Source of the DNA: an uncultured Chloroflexia bacterium
Lineage (GTDB): Bacteria; Chloroflexota; Anaerolineae; CG2-30-64-16
Length of the DNA stretch: 64,000 nucleotides
NCBI GenBank assembly: GCA_963810095.1
Contig: CAWEMM010000012.1
Location: 1-64,000 of the forward strand
Direction: 5' to 3'
Part shown: positions 62,190 to 64,000 of the stretch, one piece after another
How positions within the stretch are numbered: position 1 is the first letter of the stretch
Layout: each line of letters begins with the position of its first letter
Notes under the pieces: model-generated
The model's input: the letters and a program-made list of their open reading frames with translations, nothing else
Database searches by the model: none
What the model was told of the DNA's origin: nothing
Translations under genes and position numbers: made by a program

Positions 62190-64000
62190 ATGGCGAACAA
62201 GCTCGGTTTCTACCTTCACAACTTCGAAATCGGCGAGCACAAACCCGACCTCTTCCGAGCGATCCAGGAGGTTCAGCCTCCGACCATCCTCGTGCATGCC
62301 TGGGACCAAATCGACACGCTCCGCCGGCTCGCGCCCCAGAGCTTCATTATCGGCCGCATGACCTACTTCGGCCACGAGAAAACGCCGCTCGAAAAGCTGG
62401 TAAACGGCTGGCTGGACGACGCGCACCCAGAGGACCGCGGCCGCGAATTCGCGGAGCACATCCTGCACGACAACTTCGACGCCGCAAGTAGGCGCGAGGG
62501 CGGCCGGCTGTGCATCGACGCGTGGATGAGCCTCAACGAGGCCGTACCCGGCCCGAGTTCCTCGTCGTTCGCCGAGGACCGCAAGGGTGTGGAGCGCCGG
62601 CTGCACGCCTACGATGCGTTCCAGGTTGGCTTTCGCAACAAGCTGATCGAGCAGGGCATCGAGGCGGTGGCGTTCAACTTCGGTGCGGGCAATTTTACCA
62701 CGCCCAAACAGTACCTCGACTACTTCCCGAACACGCTGGGGACGTTCACCTATCTTGGCTTCCACGAATACGGCTGGCCTGCGCTGTCGACCTCGGTCGA
62801 TCCGGCGGCGCGGACCAGCGCCGGCACCTACCGGGCGGTCGTCGCCGGCCTGCAGTCCGCGCTTCGCCGTAGCTATCAGGCGATCCTGACGGAGGCCGGG
62901 CTGACCTTCATGTACAAGTTTCCGGCGAGCGGCTTTGACGAGGGCTGGCTGTTCACACCCCCCGCCGAGTATCACAGCTTGCCGCTGACGCAGGATCAAT
63001 ACTGGCAGTCGCTGGAATGGCTGAACAGCACGCTCGAGCAGGACGAGTTTGCCAAGGGCGCGTGCCTTTTCGAGGTGGGCCACGAGGGACGCTGGGCGAA
63101 CTTCCGCCACTTCGGGATGGACAACAGCGGCCAGCCGGTCACGATCGTGGATCGCATCAGGGGCCTGGCGCAGGCCAGCCCAAAGGATTCGGGGCTGGAG
63201 CTGCCCGCAGTCGCGCGCCGCCAGGACTTCACCGGCAGCGTGGTCGACCAGGACGGCTCGCCCATTCCGGGCGCGCAGCTGCGACTGGTGTCGAACCTGG
63301 CGACCCTGGGACGCGACCCGCGGGCCGTCAGTAACAGTCGCGGCATGGTCACGTGGACGCGCAGCCTGACCGGGTACGGCGGCAGCCTCTGGAACTGCTG
63401 GCAGAAGCATGTCGCGCACCGCGTGGCCGCAATTACCTGGGAGGAATTCCGCCGGGAGGCCGCGCAGTATAATCCTGGCCTGCGCGACACGGACGACTTG
63501 ATGCGGTCCGACGCACGCTACTTCCTTCCCGAGAACCGGGTGGATGGTGACGCCGGGGCGACGGCGCCCGACATCGTGTGGGACAGGCTGGACGGCACTT
63601 TTGACGGCGACCTATGGGCGTGCTGGCGCGAAAACCTGCAGGGCAAAGTCGTCGGACTGACGTGGGAACTATTCCGGAGCCAGGTCGCCGAGTACAACCC
63701 CGGTATCGTCTACGGCAGCAAAGCCGACGGCCGGACGCAGACGATCGTTTTGCCGCGCAACGGCAACCAGGACGAGTACGCTCGGGTGGCCTACTCGGAC
63801 GGCGAAGGGCGCTTCCGGTTCGACGCGCTGCCCGCGGGCGACTACACGCTCGAGGTCGCGGCCGAGGGCTTCCTGCCCGACACCCGCCCGCTGACCGCGC
63901 CGGTGGACGGCAAGGTGGTCATCGGCCTGCAGGCGCCCATCGTGGTGCTCAGCAGGGGCGACGACTTCGTGCGCACGGCGGGCCGCGACTTCGTCATTGG
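62190..64000 (+). CDS. Large multidomain protein, 3'-truncated by the window edge (absent from the ORF track): GH-like domain, duplicated Trp-rich module, carboxypeptidase-regulatory-like domain
   Basis: AGGAGG RBS; MANKLGFYLH...SLNE...GFHEYGWP...ILTEAG; two W...G.LW.CW...TWE.F...YNPG modules; SDGEGRFRFDALPAGDYTLEVAAEGF; no stop seen. Confidence 0.8.
   Translation, partial: MANKLGFYLHNFEIGEHKPDLFRAIQEVQPPTILVHAWDQIDTLRRLAPQSFIIGRMTYFGHEKTPLEKLVNGWLDDAHPEDRGREFAEHILHDNFDAASRREGGRLCIDAWMSLNEAVPGPSSSSFAEDRKGVERRLHAYDAFQVGFRNKLIEQGIEAVAFNFGAGNFTTPKQYLDYFPNTLGTFTYLGFHEYGWPALSTSVDPAARTSAGTYRAVVAGLQSALRRSYQAILTEAGLTFMYKFPASGFDEGWLFTPPAEYHSLPLTQDQYWQSLEWLNSTLEQDEFAKGACLFEVGHEGRWANFRHFGMDNSGQPVTIVDRIRGLAQASPKDSGLELPAVARRQDFTGSVVDQDGSPIPGAQLRLVSNLATLGRDPRAVSNSRGMVTWTRSLTGYGGSLWNCWQKHVAHRVAAITWEEFRREAAQYNPGLRDTDDLMRSDARYFLPENRVDGDAGATAPDIVWDRLDGTFDGDLWACWRENLQGKVVGLTWELFRSQVAEYNPGIVYGSKADGRTQTIVLPRNGNQDEYARVAYSDGEGRFRFDALPAGDYTLEVAAEGFLPDTRPLTAPVDGKVVIGLQAPIVVLSRGDDFVRTAGRDFVI

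Noticed and set aside
57799-63419. Long opposite-strand ORFs (57799..59247, 62136..63419 and similar elsewhere)
   Set aside because: High-GC shadow ORFs overlapping well-supported genes, with no recognisable motifs.

Overview
High-GC bacterial chromosomal segment. Gene content (Ala/Pro/Thr-linker lipoproteins, M23/NBR1-Ig proteins, CHAT/STAND genes) suggests Chloroflexota (Anaerolineae/Caldilineae-like); this is inference only. Many genes carry 1-bp indels that look like long-read errors, so several calls join pieces of the ORF track. Left to right: (1) a minus-strand cluster behind a MalT-like LuxR regulator (two DUF6325-like paralogs, SHOCT, SulP, triple-META lipoprotein, RNase Z-fold hydrolase, AI-2E, Gly/Pro-repeat peptide); (2) a lipoate-protein ligase; (3) pstSCAB-phoU and a PhoB/PhoP-like regulator with Pho-box-like repeats; (4) a FadR-controlled sugar operon combining a rhamnose-type ABC transporter, mutarotase, two SDRs, a lactonase, a LarA-family enzyme and E1a/E1b/E2 of a ThDP dehydrogenase, with no kinase, dehydratase or aldolase; (5) an arsenic cluster with an inserted GcvH-like lipoyl carrier, two DGC proteins and OsmC; (6) an M23-glycoside hydrolase-NBR1 gene followed by a CHAT-FGE / SIR2-like / STAND-TM-WD40 / PPC locus; (7) miscellaneous metabolic genes and a second GH-like gene that shares a ~40-bp promoter/palindrome with the M23 gene. 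No rRNA, tRNA, CRISPR array or transposase was recognised. The best candidates for undescribed systems are (4), (5) and (6).
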